NCBI RefSeq assembly: GCF_009914755.1 | Contig: NC_060925.1 | DNA: 64,000 nucleotides | Strand: one strand, 5' to 3' | DNA from: the human T2T-CHM13v2.0 reference genome, Homo sapiens | Notes under the pieces: generated by a model | The model's input: only the letters and a program-made list of their open reading frames with translations | Told to the model about the DNA's origin: nothing | Database searches by the model: none | Translations under genes and position numbers: made by a program | Part shown: piece after piece, positions 14,818 through 32,200 of the stretch | Position numbering within the stretch: the first letter of the stretch is position 1 | Layout of the letters: every line of letters begins with the position of its first letter

Positions 14818-15327
14818 CTTGAAAAAGAAAAAATGGTCATTACTGAAGGAACCATCTTAGGTTACAGCCACCTCTGGGTCAATTCCCAACATTCAAAAGC
14901 TGAGCAGGGCTTTAAAGCTATCTTATTAATAATTATTTCTGTATTGCGAACTTCAGCATACTTTTTTCTAGTTACATTTGAAATGTTATTCTTTTGGGAT
15001 GTGCTCAAGTGAGTACTGCTTTTTCCTCTGCCTTGCTTCATTACTTTTTAGTTTCCTTCATTTGAATCATCATTGTAAGTCTCCCCTTCTCCTCAAATAA
15101 CTTTCAAATTGCTGCCAAGAACTATGTTCTATCTTAAGGCTTTTGAGAAAAAACTTTCAATGAAGATAGCCGCCTAAAGTTATACAAATATAGAAGAAAC
15201 GGGATAAAATAAAGCTTAGATTGGAAAAAATATTTAAGATTCTACAAAATTCACGCGTAAACAAGGGAAGCTGAGTAATTGTATGTTCAAATACTTGCAA
15301 AACATGTAGGCTTAAAGAAATAGAGCT

Positions 15328-15891
<564 letters not shown>

Positions 15892-16095
15892 CTACATTAT
15901 TTATGAAACAGGTACTGTTAACTCAGTCACCAGAAAGCCTGTGTATAAATGAGCAGTGAGATATTCAAGCACAGCACACACACACTTCTCAGGACAGCTG
16001 TCGTGAGTGTTCCATGCTCATTTCCTTCTGGATACATCAGCAACTCACTCTGCTATGATCCTGCAATACATCTCATGTTAGAATTAGAGACATCT

Positions 16096-16421
<326 letters not shown>

Positions 16422-16517
16422 TTAGAGACATCTGGATCAAATCAGCTGCCAGTCTCGCAAAGTGTCAGGTAACATCCTATTAAGCTTGCTGCTTACACAT
16501 CATCTATAAAATACTGA

Positions 16518-16830
<313 letters not shown>

Positions 16831-16842
16831 AAGAAACCCTTA

Positions 16843-17175
<333 letters not shown>

Positions 17176-17939
17176 CTAAAAAAAAGACTCCATTTCAAAA
17201 ACAAAACTAAAACCAAAAACACAACACAAATGTAGTACACAAATGAAAATAATTACTGTGTTAAACACAGTTTCATAGAAAATAAAAGACCAATCAAATA
17301 CAATAAGCTGCCTTTTTAGATGGGTATGTTATTCTTCTTTCACAGCTAAAGAAACAGGCTCAGAGAATGTTATTTGATTGGACCGTGTTGCATTTCTGGA
17401 CAGTGCAGCTGAGATCAGACTTTGTGTGTAACTCCACTAGCCTACCAGGGTGCCTCTCATAAAGCTAAGAAATGTAAATTTGGCCTAATATACAAAGTTG
17501 CCAGGGCAGCACTGGGTCAATTCTACATACAGTACTTCTATGTTCATCAAGGGAAACCTTAAGGGAAAGTGAAAATGCTTCTAGAAGGCGACTGGACACC
17601 AGCGCCTTTGCTTGTTGCCTTTGGGCTCTTCTTCTAAGGCCAACAGTGACCTGAAATTATTGACTGGCTTTTCAATCAAGTGGACAAAATGGTACCAAGG
17701 TCGGCAACATCAGACAAATTTACTTGAGGGCCTTATCTATGCGCTTTGAAAGACAAAACTGCTTTTGTAAAGGACACTGTATTTCAGAAAAACATAATCA
17801 TATTAACAAATAATAACACTGTAAAATGCTGATGTGTTGAATGCTACTTTAGAAAAACATGCTCAAATCTAGGGAAAAAATTTGATACAAAACTACGTAT
17901 CAATTATCTAGCTAGCTATCTATCTAGAGACATGCTTTC

Positions 17940-18990
<1,051 letters not shown>

Positions 18991-19129
18991 AGTTTTCTAT
19001 TTTTGACCAACATAAACACTGTGCTGGGTCTGAATTTTTCAGCTACCCTTCTTCAGCCGGCAACACACAGAACCTGGCGGGGAGGTCACTCTTACCAGTC
19101 CCCACTCTGATGAGAAAACTGCCCAGCTC

Positions 19130-19745
19130 CAGGCACCATGGCGCCCCAGTGATGTAGCCGAACACCCGCGCCTCTAACGTCGCCAACGGCCCACCTCTAT
19201 GGTGTCGGCGAAGACCCGCCCTTGTGACGTCACGGAAGGCGCACCCTTGTGACGTCACAGGGGACTACCACTCACGCAGAGCCAATCAGAACTCGCGGTG
19301 GGGGCTGCTGGTTCTTCCAGGAGCGCGCATGAGCGGACGCTGCCTACTGGTGGCCGGGCGGGATGTAACCGGCTGCTGAGCTGGCAGTTCTGTGTCGCTA
19401 GGCTTCTGCCCGGCCGCCGCCGCACATAAGCCACGAGGAGGAGCTTTACGACTTCCCGGTCTTCGGCGCCGGGCGCAGCAAGGGCCAGACTCTGCGCTAG
19501 CAGGCGCTGCGCGCCAACCGGCCGGCACCTGTCGCAGAAGGTGCAACCGATCGCACTGTCGCGCAGAAGCTCCTCAATGGCCAACGCCAGCTGCAGCCCC
19601 GGCCGCCCACTCGCCTCATCTGAGCCTGGGTACGTGCGCTCCACAACGCCTCCCCCAGCCAGGGCCCGGGGATCCCCGGGAGCGTCCCCGGCTACCTGGC
19701 GCCGCTCATCCTGGGTAGGGTCGGCCCCCTGAGGCTGCCCGGCAT
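19130..19745. promoter_or_regulatory. CpG island, probable bidirectional promoter
   Basis: High GC and CpG content. TGACGTCA at 19225-19232 and 19250-19257, CGGAAG at 19233-19238, AGCCAATCAG (CCAAT at 19282-19286). Candidate donors on - (exon end 18821, GAG|gtaaac) and + (exon end 19629, TGG|gtacg). Confidence 0.88.
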
Positions 19746-19871
19746 GAGGGAGTTGCACCCCTGAGCTTGACCTCTGACGGTCCTTTGTAATAGCATTAAG
19801 TCTTTGAAACTTGTAGCGGGGTAGAAGGGGCTAGGAAATGAAGAAAACATCTTTTTAAAAATATAAGCAGT

Positions 19872-21400
<1,529 letters not shown>

Positions 21401-22473
21401 ACGTCATATGATCTGTACCAGGGTATAGGCAGGTGCTATGATCCCCACTTTTCATCCTCAACTCTAAGTTGAGTCATACATCAACCTCTAGTAAAAAGTG
21501 GCATGCTCTCAGTCAAAGGGGTAAGCCCAAACCACGTGGAGAGAATCTTATCTCTTTTGAGAGCTAATATAAAAAGAATTCCTCCTAGGCATAAAAATAT
21601 TATGACACCAGTTACTTAGGCTAAACATGCCTATTATGCTAAGTGAGTTATTAACAATAAATACTTTAACTCTGTGCCATGTTAATTATCATAATCTGAT
21701 TTATAATTTGTTTTAACCTTAGGTTATATATACCTTGAAGCCATTTATATTTTGGTATACTTGTAATAATTACTATACACTGGACTATGTATATTGGACT
21801 AAACACGGAGAGTCAAAAAAGAGTATGTGGTCAGAGTAGAAATCATGCCCTAGCTTCCTTCGTGTCTACCTCCTACCTTGAGTAGAAGTGGTAGAAAAAG
21901 TAATTACCTAAGATTTTTTGGATTCTGGTTTGTGGAGAAGCACCCTTATATTTAGGCTGATGGGCGGCAAAATTAGAAAGTATTTTTTGTGATTTAGAAT
22001 TTTATACAGAGATGTTCATTGTGATTAATTATTCTTTGTATTAGCAGATTTTTGCTTTTTATAGCTGCATGATTTCTTGTTTATTATTCATTCATTATTG
22101 TCTATTAATAAAGAAAAACTTTATTTCACTGAAGCAGTGATATATAATCCAACTTGGATTTTTAAATAATGACTGACTTTTTTTCTTTGGGAATACATTA
22201 CTGTTAAAAATGTAATTATTAGATACATTACTTTTAATGAATATAAGTGGTATAATTAGAAGGCTGAAAAGAATCCTTGGAAACGTGAGTTTAATTTGAT
22301 AGCTAAGAAACTGAGGACAAGATACTTATTCTTTGTAGCATATTTTCTAATGTCATTTCATTGTCTCACCAAGAAATACTTGCATAAAGCAAGTTCAATT
22401 ACAGTATCTGTTGAATATTTAAGGTTGAGTAAAGTGGGTGAGTTTAACAGATATTTTCCCTTATTTCTTTTAG

Positions 22474-22580
22474 GCAAATCTGGATTGGGAAAGTTGACAT
22501 TAATCAACTCATTATTCCTCACAGATTTGTATTCTCCAGAGTATCCAGGTCCTTCTCAGAGAATTAAAAAGCCTGTACAG
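22474..22580 (+). pseudogene. SEPTIN7-derived orphan exon (G1/P-loop)
   Basis: ttttag|GCAAATCTGG...CCTGTACAG|gt, 107 nt, reads [36 protein letters not shown] (SEPT7: [36 protein letters not shown]). No other septin exon seen. Confidence 0.92.
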
Positions 22581-22837
22581 GTCTAGATATTGGTATTTTT
22601 AATTGATGATAAGCTGGAATAATATTAATACACACAAAGCACGTGTTGTAACTTTCATTATGCTTCCTTAGAGGTAAGATGCAAATTTGCCCTTAGCCAG
22701 TGTAAGATGGTAAATATGACTTCATAAAATCAAAAAAACAGAAAAAGTACAGTTAATCGAAAGATTATCTTGACTAGAACTTTCCAAATTTGTCCTAAGG
22801 ATTCTCCTAGAGATGACACTGTGACATAGTAACCAAT

Positions 22838-23655
22838 TCCCCTGGAGTTGTGCTATGTAGTATGATAGTCATTTGCCACATGTTTAAATCAATTAAAATT
22901 AATTAAATTAAAATGCAATTTCTCATTTGCTCCAGATACATTTCAAGTGCTCAACAGCCACATGTGGCAAGTGGCTGCCATTTTGTGCAGCACATATATG
23001 AAGATTTTCATCATTGTAGAAAATTGCATTGGACAGTGTAGAGAAAACATGATTCATAGAAAAACTATTGTTATTTAAATACAGTGTTCTATATTAGTCA
23101 GTGGGATAATACCATATCATAGTTGAATGGCAATAGCAATTCTGTAAGACTCCCAAGCTATATGTGATCTAATTTACTGCTTCTCAGTCTTTGCTATGCA
23201 TTCCAATCCTGGGTATCCTGTTAAATTTATTTCTTCTAGTAGTTCTGAGATGGGCTGCCTTTCTACATTTCTAACAAGATCCCAGGTGATGCTGATGCTG
23301 CTGGATGGTAGATCACACTTTATAAAGCAAGGGGCTAGACTCTAGATATGCACTTTTTATTAAATAGTACAGCAGCCTGTAGCCACATGTGGCTATTAAT
23401 CTTTGAAATGTGGGTAGTCTGAATTGTGATGTTCTGCAAACATAAAATATGCCACAGATTTCTAAGACTGAGCATGGAAAAGAAAATCTCCATAATTTTT
23501 TATATTGATTGTATACTGCAGTGATAATATTTTGGATGTATCGGGTTAAATAAAATTGACTGATTTCACCTTTTTCCTATTTTAAAAGTGGCTACTAAGA
23601 AAATTTTAAATTACTTACATGACCGACATGGTATTTTTATTTGGCAGCGCTGCTC
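22838..23655. mobile_element. hAT-Charlie MITE remnants (MER3-, MER5A- and MER33-like)
   Basis: tttcaagtgctcaa.agccacatgtggc; catttctaacaag..cccaggtgatgctgatgctgctgg; tagccacatgtggctatt. Confidence 0.7.
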
Positions 23656-24129
23656 TAAGCTGTTGATGAAAAATATTGTTGGTGAGCTCTGCTTAGGTAA
23701 TATATAGGACACGAGCAGAGAGGAGGCACGTGAACAGTTCTGGCCTGGAGTAGGCTTCATTGAGGCTGTGATGCTTTTAGCTGGATTTGAAGAAGTGGTA
23801 GTGATCATCCCAGTGCACAGGATAGGTGGACAGTCTATGTATTCTGAGCAGTAACTCATATATCTCATACTGCAAGACCCCAAAGGAGTAATTTTGTGAA
23901 GTAAATATCTTATTTCTCCTTTTTAATGTTTCTATTTTAGGAATTTTTTTTTTTTTTAGTAACCTTCATAGGGCTTGAGATTTAAAATTACCTGCAAAAT
24001 TCTACTCTAAAAACTTGATCCTACATGCTTATTTTGTGATAAATATTGGAAATTTTAAACCTAAGCAAGAAAATGAACTTTGAACTTTCTTAATTTGGGT
24101 ATCTATTATGAATACCTTCACTTAAGTAT

Positions 24130-26020
24130 TTATGAATTTAGATATGAAAGGTAAAACTAACCACTATCCAAATTAATATACAGTTCATTTCCAGAACCCT
24201 AGTTTCTTCCATGTGCTCACTTGCATTCAGTATTACAACCCCCAAAGATAAACACCTTACTGACTGCCTTCTCCATAAATTTGCCTGTTCTTGAATGTTA
24301 TATACGTATACTTTTTTGTATCTGTTTTCTTTCAGTGAAGATTATGTCTGTATTATTTACTCATGTTGGGTGTAGTTGTTTTTTTCATCGTCGTATAATA
24401 CTCCATTGTGTGAATGTATCAGTATATCCTTTATTATTTATTTAAACTGACTTAAATGTTTTTTGACACTTTGGTTATATTTAAGAAGTTGACTTCTCTA
24501 ATTTCCTTGTCATGTTTATTTTTAAATATCTTTCTCTTTAAAAGTTGGGATACTATAATAAATATTCAGCAAGTATTTTGTGTTTAAATATAAAATCTTG
24601 TTATTTGGATTTTAATACTTTATATATAGTATTTATATATATAAACATAAACAAAACTAAAGACTCTATGAAAGAATCAAATGGATTTTCTATAACTGAA
24701 AATTTCAATGACTAAAATTAAGATATTACCAGATAGGTTTAACAGCAAATTCCATAAAGTTGGTAAGAAAACAAGAATACTCAAAAAATGGAAAGAAGTA
24801 GAAAATAAAAACACTGAGAAGCATAGAATGCAAATTTAGAAAAGAGCTTAAGAGACATATCAGACATGGTAAAAGGTTTAACACACATATAATCAAACTT
24901 TCCTAGCTCTGTTCACGGAAAGGGCCTGGGAGCTGCAACACCTCAACAGCAACAAGCACACCTGCTACCTAGAACTTGGTTTCTAAAAACCATCCTCCTC
25001 TAAAAGGAAACAGAGCTCTTTGAAGAAACGGTAATTTCAAAGCTAGAGCACAGAAAGTATAAGATGAGCCCAGAATATCTTTTTGTACAAGAAAGTAAGG
25101 CAATGCTCAAAGAATGATGGAGACATGCCCAAAAAAAGCAGAGAAGCCAACTTGAAAAGATTCCAACAGGCCAAATATGGGGCGATTTGAACATCAGAAT
25201 AAAATGGTGACAGTCACAGAATTATAACCCAGTGAAGAAAGGAATTCATGACATCATATTAATATAAATAATAATTGAATATTGAAATTCGTTAAAGGAA
25301 ATGAGATATTTATGTAGTCTTAAGGTATCTTCTCACAAATTATGTATTACTTACAAAGGGGAAAAGTGCACCTTGACGTGAGAATCTTGGCAGAACCACT
25401 TTAATCAAGAGGTTTAGTTGAGCATTATCAGTAACAGAGTAAATCAAAATCATAAGCCACTTGATAGATACAATGAGAAAATAAAGCATCACTTCTGTGA
25501 CACCCTATAAAAAATGAATCTAATAATGAGGAAACATGAGAAAAAACCAAACTGAGGGATATTCTACAAATAAATTGTCCTGTAATCTTCAAAAATTTCA
25601 AGGTTATAAAAGTCAAGAAAAACAGACAATCTTTTCCAAACTCAAGGGAACTAAAGAGGCATGAAATCTAAATGCTTAATTCTGGATTTCATCTTTTTGA
25701 TATAAAGAACAGTATTGAGACTATTGATAAAATTTGAGTGGGGTCTGAAGATTCATTGGTAGTAGTAAGCTCAATTTAATTTCCTCACTTTGATCATTGT
25801 ACTCTGGTTTTTAGAATGTTCTAGTCAACAGGTAATATGAATTAAACTAATCGAGGGTGACAGGGCATTATATCAGCCACTTATCAACAAACATTTCAGA
25901 GAAAAATAGTTCCTTGTATTGTTATTGCAATTTTCTTTGAGATTGCCCCCTCCAAAACAGTAAGAACTTTCAAAAACAAACAAAGATATCAAGCCACAGA
26001 TTCAAAGTGCTATAAACTCC
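24130..26020. mobile_element. Old, degraded L1M fragments
   Basis: AT-rich sequence resembling L1ME/L1MC 3' regions. Boundaries uncertain. Confidence 0.5.
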
Positions 26021-26030
26021 ACGCATGATT

Positions 26031-26270
26031 AGTTCTCACTCATAGGTGGGAATTGAACAATGAGAACACATGGACACAGGAAGGGGAACATCACACACCA
26101 GGGCCTGTTGTGGGGTAGGGGGAGGGGGGAGGGATAACATTAGGAGATATACCTAATGTTAAATAACGAGTTAATGGGTGCAGCACACCAACATGGCACA
26201 TGTATACATATGTAACTAAACTGCACATTGTGCACATGTACCCTAAAACTTAAAGTATAATAAAAAAAAA
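26031..26270 (+). mobile_element. Short 5'-truncated L1PA 3' end
   Basis: gttctcactcataggtgggaattgaacaatgagaacac...taccctaaaacttaaagtataataaaaaaaaa. Confidence 0.95.
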
Positions 26271-26849
26271 TCATACCTAGATATATCACAATAAAACTTG
26301 ACCTCAGAGTTTCTAGCTCTCAAGACCAATTCCTCCCATCCTGCCACTAACAGATTTCTCCAAACATCTCTGCACCTCAGAGTGCAAATACAATCAAACA
26401 TTTCACTCCATTGATAGGAAGCATCCTTCACTATCTTCTACCAAGGGCTTCCTCCTTTGGTGCTTCAAAATTTTTTATGAAAGGAACATCCATTTTATTC
26501 AAAGCACCTCCAAACCTGCAATCCTAAGTTCCAGGCAACTCAATCCCAAAAATCCACTGTAGATGCCCAAAGGCTGGGGTGTTCGGTCTTCAACATTTTT
26601 GCCTTTGTGGCTCCCAGTCAAGATAGAGCTGCACCAAGTCCAATTCCATTCCTCATCACAGATGATTTTTTCTACTTTAAGATCAGAACTATACAAGCTT
26701 CTTGCTTTGTGTCAGCATGCTGTTGTACCCATGGGCAAATTCTTAGGTAAGACAAAAACACAGTCCCAAGGGCAGGTAGTAATTTTTTCAGAAAAAGGTA
26801 AGGCAATCATTTATCTCAGTCTGCCCAGGACAGTCCCAATTTACACATG

Positions 26850-27860
26850 TATATTCTCCCAATCTGTAGGCTGTCTTTTCATTTTGTTGATTATTTCACT
26901 TAATTTTTTATTATTTATTTATTTTATAGAGACAGATCTCATTATGTTGCCCAGGGTGATCCTTGATCTCCTGGCCTCAAGTGATCCTCCAACCTTGGTC
27001 TCCCAAAGTGCTGGGATTACAGATGTGAACTACCACACCCAGTCAACGTGCAGAAGGTTTTCAGTTTGATGTAGTCTGATGTAGTCTCATGTATTTATCC
27101 TTCTTGTTGTTGCCTGAGCTTTTGGTGTGATATCCAAAAATATCATTGCCAAGATCAATATCAAGAAACTTTCCCCCTATGTTTCTTACAGAAATTTTAT
27201 GGTTTCAGATTTTTCATCCATTTTGAGTATATTTGTGTGTATGATGTAAGATAAGGGTCCAGTCTCCCCAGTGTTGGATATCCAATTTTCATAACACCAT
27301 TTATTGAAGAGATTATTCTTTCTCCACTGTGTTTTCTTGATGTCCTTGTCAAAAATTAGTTGACTTTTATATGCTTGGGTTTATTTCTGGGCTCTATTCT
27401 GTTTCATTGCTTTACATCTCTGTTTTCATGCCAGTGCCACAGTGTTTTGATTACTATAGCTTTGTAATATAATTTGAAATCAGAATGTGTAATACCTATA
27501 ACTTTGTTTTTTGCTCTAAAGATTTATTTATTTATTTATTTTTGCCATTTCAGGTCTTTTGTGGTTTCATATGAATTTCAGAATTGTTTTTCCTATTTCT
27601 GTGAAAAATGCCATTGACATTTTGATAGGGATTGTGTTGAATCTATATATTGCTTTGGATAGTATGGATGTTTTAACACTATTAATTGTCCCAATCCATG
27701 AACATGAAATATCTTTCCATTCACTTGTGTCTTCTTCAATTTCTTTCATCAATGTTTTATAGTTTTCATTGTGCAGATCTTTCACTTACCTGGTTAAATT
27801 TATTCCTACAATTTCATTCTTTTTGATACTAGGGTAAATTGAATTATTTTCTTGATTTCT
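26850..27860 (-). mobile_element. L1M ORF2 fragment with an embedded Alu monomer (~26910-27045)
   Basis: ORF 27567-27785 (-) [28 protein letters not shown].. is L1 ORF2-like. Confidence 0.88.
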
Positions 27861-27888
27861 ATAAATTATTTCTTATAATACTCATACT

Positions 27889-28255
27889 TGTCAGGCCTCT
27901 GGGCCCAAGCCTGCATGTATACATCCAGATGGCCTGAAATAACTGAAGAATCACAAAAGAAGTGAAAATGGCCAGTTCCTGCCTTAACTGGTGACATTAC
28001 CTTGTGAAATTCCTTCTCCTGGCTCAGAAGCTCCCCCGCTGAGCACCTTGTGACCCCCGTCCCTGCCCACCAGAGAACAACCCCCTTTGACTGTAATTGT
28101 CCACTACCCACCCAAATCCTATAAAACAGCCCCACCCGTCTCCCTTCACTGACTCCTTTTTCAGACTCAGCCTGCCTGCACCCAGGTGAAATAAACAGCC
28201 TTGTTGCTCACACAAAGCCTGTTGGTGGACTCTCTTCACACAGATGCGCGAGACA
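27889..28255 (+). mobile_element. Solo LTR7-family (HERV-H) LTR
   Basis: Starts TGTCAGGCCTCTG and ends ACA. TATAAAA at 28120-28126, AATAAA at 28190-28195. Perfect 5-bp TSD ATACT at 27884-27888 and 28256-28260. Confidence 0.93.
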
Positions 28256-28621
28256 ATACTAACACTAATATTATTTTGATTCGTCAGATGGAAAAGTAAG
28301 GCTTGAAGAGGTTAGAAATAACTTTTCCAAGGTCACAGAGCTAATTGCCACAACTATAACTCAGCTCTAGTATGTGAACAAAGATTTTTTTATACCAAAC
28401 CAAAATTATTTATTTCTACTCCACTATTCTATCATGGTGCATTTTAGGTGCTAATGGGAAAATCTGCTCTATGATGGTGTCCAATAGACAATTAAAATTC
28501 AAATCTGGAAATGAGATCTGGACTGAAGATTTTTTTAAAAATTAGCCCTCATCACATGTAGTCAGCTGTAGAAATCCTTAGCATGGCTGAAATTTTTCAT
28601 ATTAAGACAAGACTAGAACTT

Positions 28622-28980
28622 GGCCAGGTGTGGTGGCTCACACCTGTAATCCCAGCACTTTGGGAGGCTGAGGTGGGTGAATCACCTGAGGTCTGGAGTT
28701 TGAGACCAGCTGACCAACATGGTGAAACACCATCTCTACTAAAAATACAAAAAATTAGCCAGGCGTGGTTGCACATGCCTGTAATCCTAGCTACTTGGGA
28801 AGCTGAGGTAGGAGAATTGCTTGAACCCAGGAGGTGGAGGTTGCAGCAAGCTGAGATCGTGCCATTGCACTGCAGTCTGGGCAAAAAAAGCAAAACTCTG
28901 AAGAAAGAGAGAGAGAGGGAGAGAGGGAGAGAGAAAGGAAGAGACGATGAGAGACAGAGAAGGAGAGAGAAAGTACAAAA
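28622..28980 (+). mobile_element. Alu with a GA-rich derived tail
   Basis: Alu consensus followed by (GA)n-like sequence. Confidence 0.93.
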
Positions 28981-29293
28981 GAACGAATGAACGAACAAAC
29001 TAGAAATCGAGCAGGAACCTTGGAGGACCTATTGCTTAAGGTGTGCGCCAAAGAAAGTAAGTTAGGGCAAGAGACTAAGGTATGCCAGAGACCCAGGACA
29101 AAACACAGTGCAGAGTGATGTCACAGAGCCAAATGGGAGTGCAAGCTATGGCAAGCCCTCCCAAGTATGTGTGGGTTAAATGTAATTAAATTCAAAATCT
29201 CTCAACCCAAAAATTTTCTCCACAAAGGAAGTAGAGAAACAAAACAGTTCATTATTGAATAAGCATTAAACCAGAATGTGATGTGTGAATATA

Positions 29294-32200
29294 ATGGAAT
29301 GGAATGGAATGGAATGGAATGGAATGGAATGGAATGGAATGGAATGGAGTGGAGTGGAATGGACCCGAATGGAATGGAACGGAACGGAATGGAATGGAAC
29401 GCACTCGAATGGAATGGAACGGACATGAATGGAATGGAATGGAACGGACACGAATGGAACGGAACGGAACGGAATGGACTTGAGTGGGATGGAATGGAAT
29501 TGAATGGACTCTAATGGAATGGACATGAATGGAATGGAATGGACTCAATTGGAATGCAGTTGAATTGAAAGGATCCAAAAGGAATGCAATGGAATGCATT
29601 GGAATGGAATGCAATGGACTTGAATGGGATGGAATGGAATGGAATGGACTCTAATGGAACGGAATGGAATGGAACCGAATGGAATGGAATGGACTTGAAT
29701 GGAATAGAATGGAATGGAATGGACTCGAAAGAAATGAAATGGAATGGATTCAAATGGAATGGAATGGACACAAATGGAACCAAATGGAATGGAATGGACT
29801 CGAATGGAATACAATGGAATTTAATGGAATGGACTCTAATGGAATGGAATGGACTAGAATGGAATAGAACGGAATAGGCTCGAATGGTATGGAATGCAAT
29901 GGAATGGACTCGAATGGAATAGAACAGAATAGACTAGAATGGTATGGAATGCAATGTAATGGACTCGAATGGAACGGAATGGAATGGACAAGAATTGAAT
30001 TGAATGGACTGGAATGGAATGGAATGGAATGCAATGGAATGCACTCGAACGGATTGGAATGGAATGGACTCGAATAGAATGGAATAAAATGAAATGGACT
30101 CCAATGGATTGGAATGGAATTGACTCCAATGGAATTGAATGGAGTGGAACCGAATGGAACGGATTGGAATGGAATGCACTCGAAATGAATTTGAATGGAA
30201 TGGATTGGGCTCAAATGGAATGGAATGGAATGGAATGGAATGGAATGAACTCAAATGGATTAGCATGGAATGAAGTGGACTCGAATACAATGGAATGGAA
30301 TGGACTCGAATGGAATGGAACGGACTTGAACGGAATGGAGTGGAATGGACTCAAATGGAATGGAATGGAGTTGAATGGACTCGAATGGAATGGAATGTAA
30401 AGGAATGGAATGAACTCGAAAGGAGTGGAATGTAATGGAATGAAATGGACTCGAATGGAATTAAATGGAATGGAACGGAATGGACTGGGATGGAATGGAA
30501 CGGAACGGAACGCAGTTGAATTGAACGGACCCGGAATGGAATGGAATGGAATGGAATGGAATGGAATGGAATGAAATGGAATGAAGTGGACTATGGAATG
30601 GAACGGAACGGAACGGAACGGAACGGAACGGAACGGAACGGAACGGAATGGAATGGCATGGGATGGACTCGAATGGAATGGAACGGAATGGAATCGACTC
30701 GAGTGGAATGGAATGGAATGGAATGGAATGGAATGGAATGGAATAGAATGGAATTGACTCAATTTAAATGGAATGAAGTGGAATGAACTCGAATGGCATG
30801 CAATGGAATGGAATAGAATCGAATGGAATAGAATGGACCCAAATGGAATGGAACGGAATGGAATGGAATGGAACGGAATGGAATAGAACGGAACGGAATG
30901 GAATGGATTGGAATGAACTCCAACGGAATGGAATGGACTCGAATGCAATGGAATGGAATGGAATGGAATGGAGTGGACTGGAATGGAATAGAATGGAATG
31001 GAATGGATAGGACTGGAATGAAATGGAATGGAATGGACTCGAATGGAATGGAATGGAATGGAATGGAATGGACTCAAATGGAATGGAATGGAATGGAATG
31101 GACACGAATGGAATGGAATTGAATGGAATGGAATGGACTGTATGAAAAGGAATGGATTGGAAAGGAATGGAATAGAACGGAATGGACTCGAATGGAATGG
31201 AAAGGACTCGAGTGGAATGGAATGGAATGGAATGGACTCGAATGGAATGGAGTGGAATGTATGCGAATGGAATGGAATTGAATGGATTCGAGTCTAACGG
31301 AATGTATGGAATGGACTCGAATGGAATGTAATGTAATGGAATGAAATGGACGCGAATGGAATGGAATGGAATGGAATGGAATGGAGTGGAATGGAATGGA
31401 CTCGAATGGTATGGAATGGAATTGAATGGACTCGATAGGAATGGAATGGAATGGATTGGACTCGAAAGGAATGTAATGGAATGAAATGTGCTGGAATGGA
31501 ATGGAATGGAATGGAATAAAATGTAATGGAATGGACTCGAATGGAATACAGTTGAATTGAATGGACCCGAAAGCAATGGAATGGAATGGAACGGATTGGA
31601 AGGGAATGGAATGGAATGAAATGGAAAAGACTCGAATGGAATGGAATGGACTCGAATGAAATGGAGTGGACTAGAATGGAATGGAATGGACTTGAAAGAA
31701 ATGGAATGCAGTGGAATGGACTCGAATGGAATGCAATGGAATGGAATAGACTCGAACGGAATGGAATGGAATGGAATGGAATGGAATGGAATGGAATGGA
31801 ACGGAATGGACGCGAATGAAATGGAACGGAACGGAATGGACTCGGATGGAACGGAACGGAACGGAATGGAATGGAATTTACTCGAATGGGATGGAATGGA
31901 ATGGAATTTACTCGAATGGAATGGAATGGAATGGACTGAAATGGAATAGCATGGAATGGAATGGACTCGAATGCAATGGAATGGAATGGACTCGAATGGA
32001 ACGGAATGGACTCGAACGGAGTGGAGTCGAATGGATTCGAATGGAATGCAATGGAATGGAACGGAATGCAATGTACTCGAATGGAATGGAATGTAATAGA
32101 ATGAAAATTACTCGAATGGAATGGAATGGAATGGACTCCAATGGAATGGAATCGAACGGACTCGAATAGAATGCAGTTGAATTGAATGGACCTGAAAGAA

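Noticed and set aside
19255-19758. 108-167 aa ORFs over the CpG island
   Set aside because: Expected from GC-rich, stop-poor sequence. Mostly non-ATG starts and no recognisable homology.
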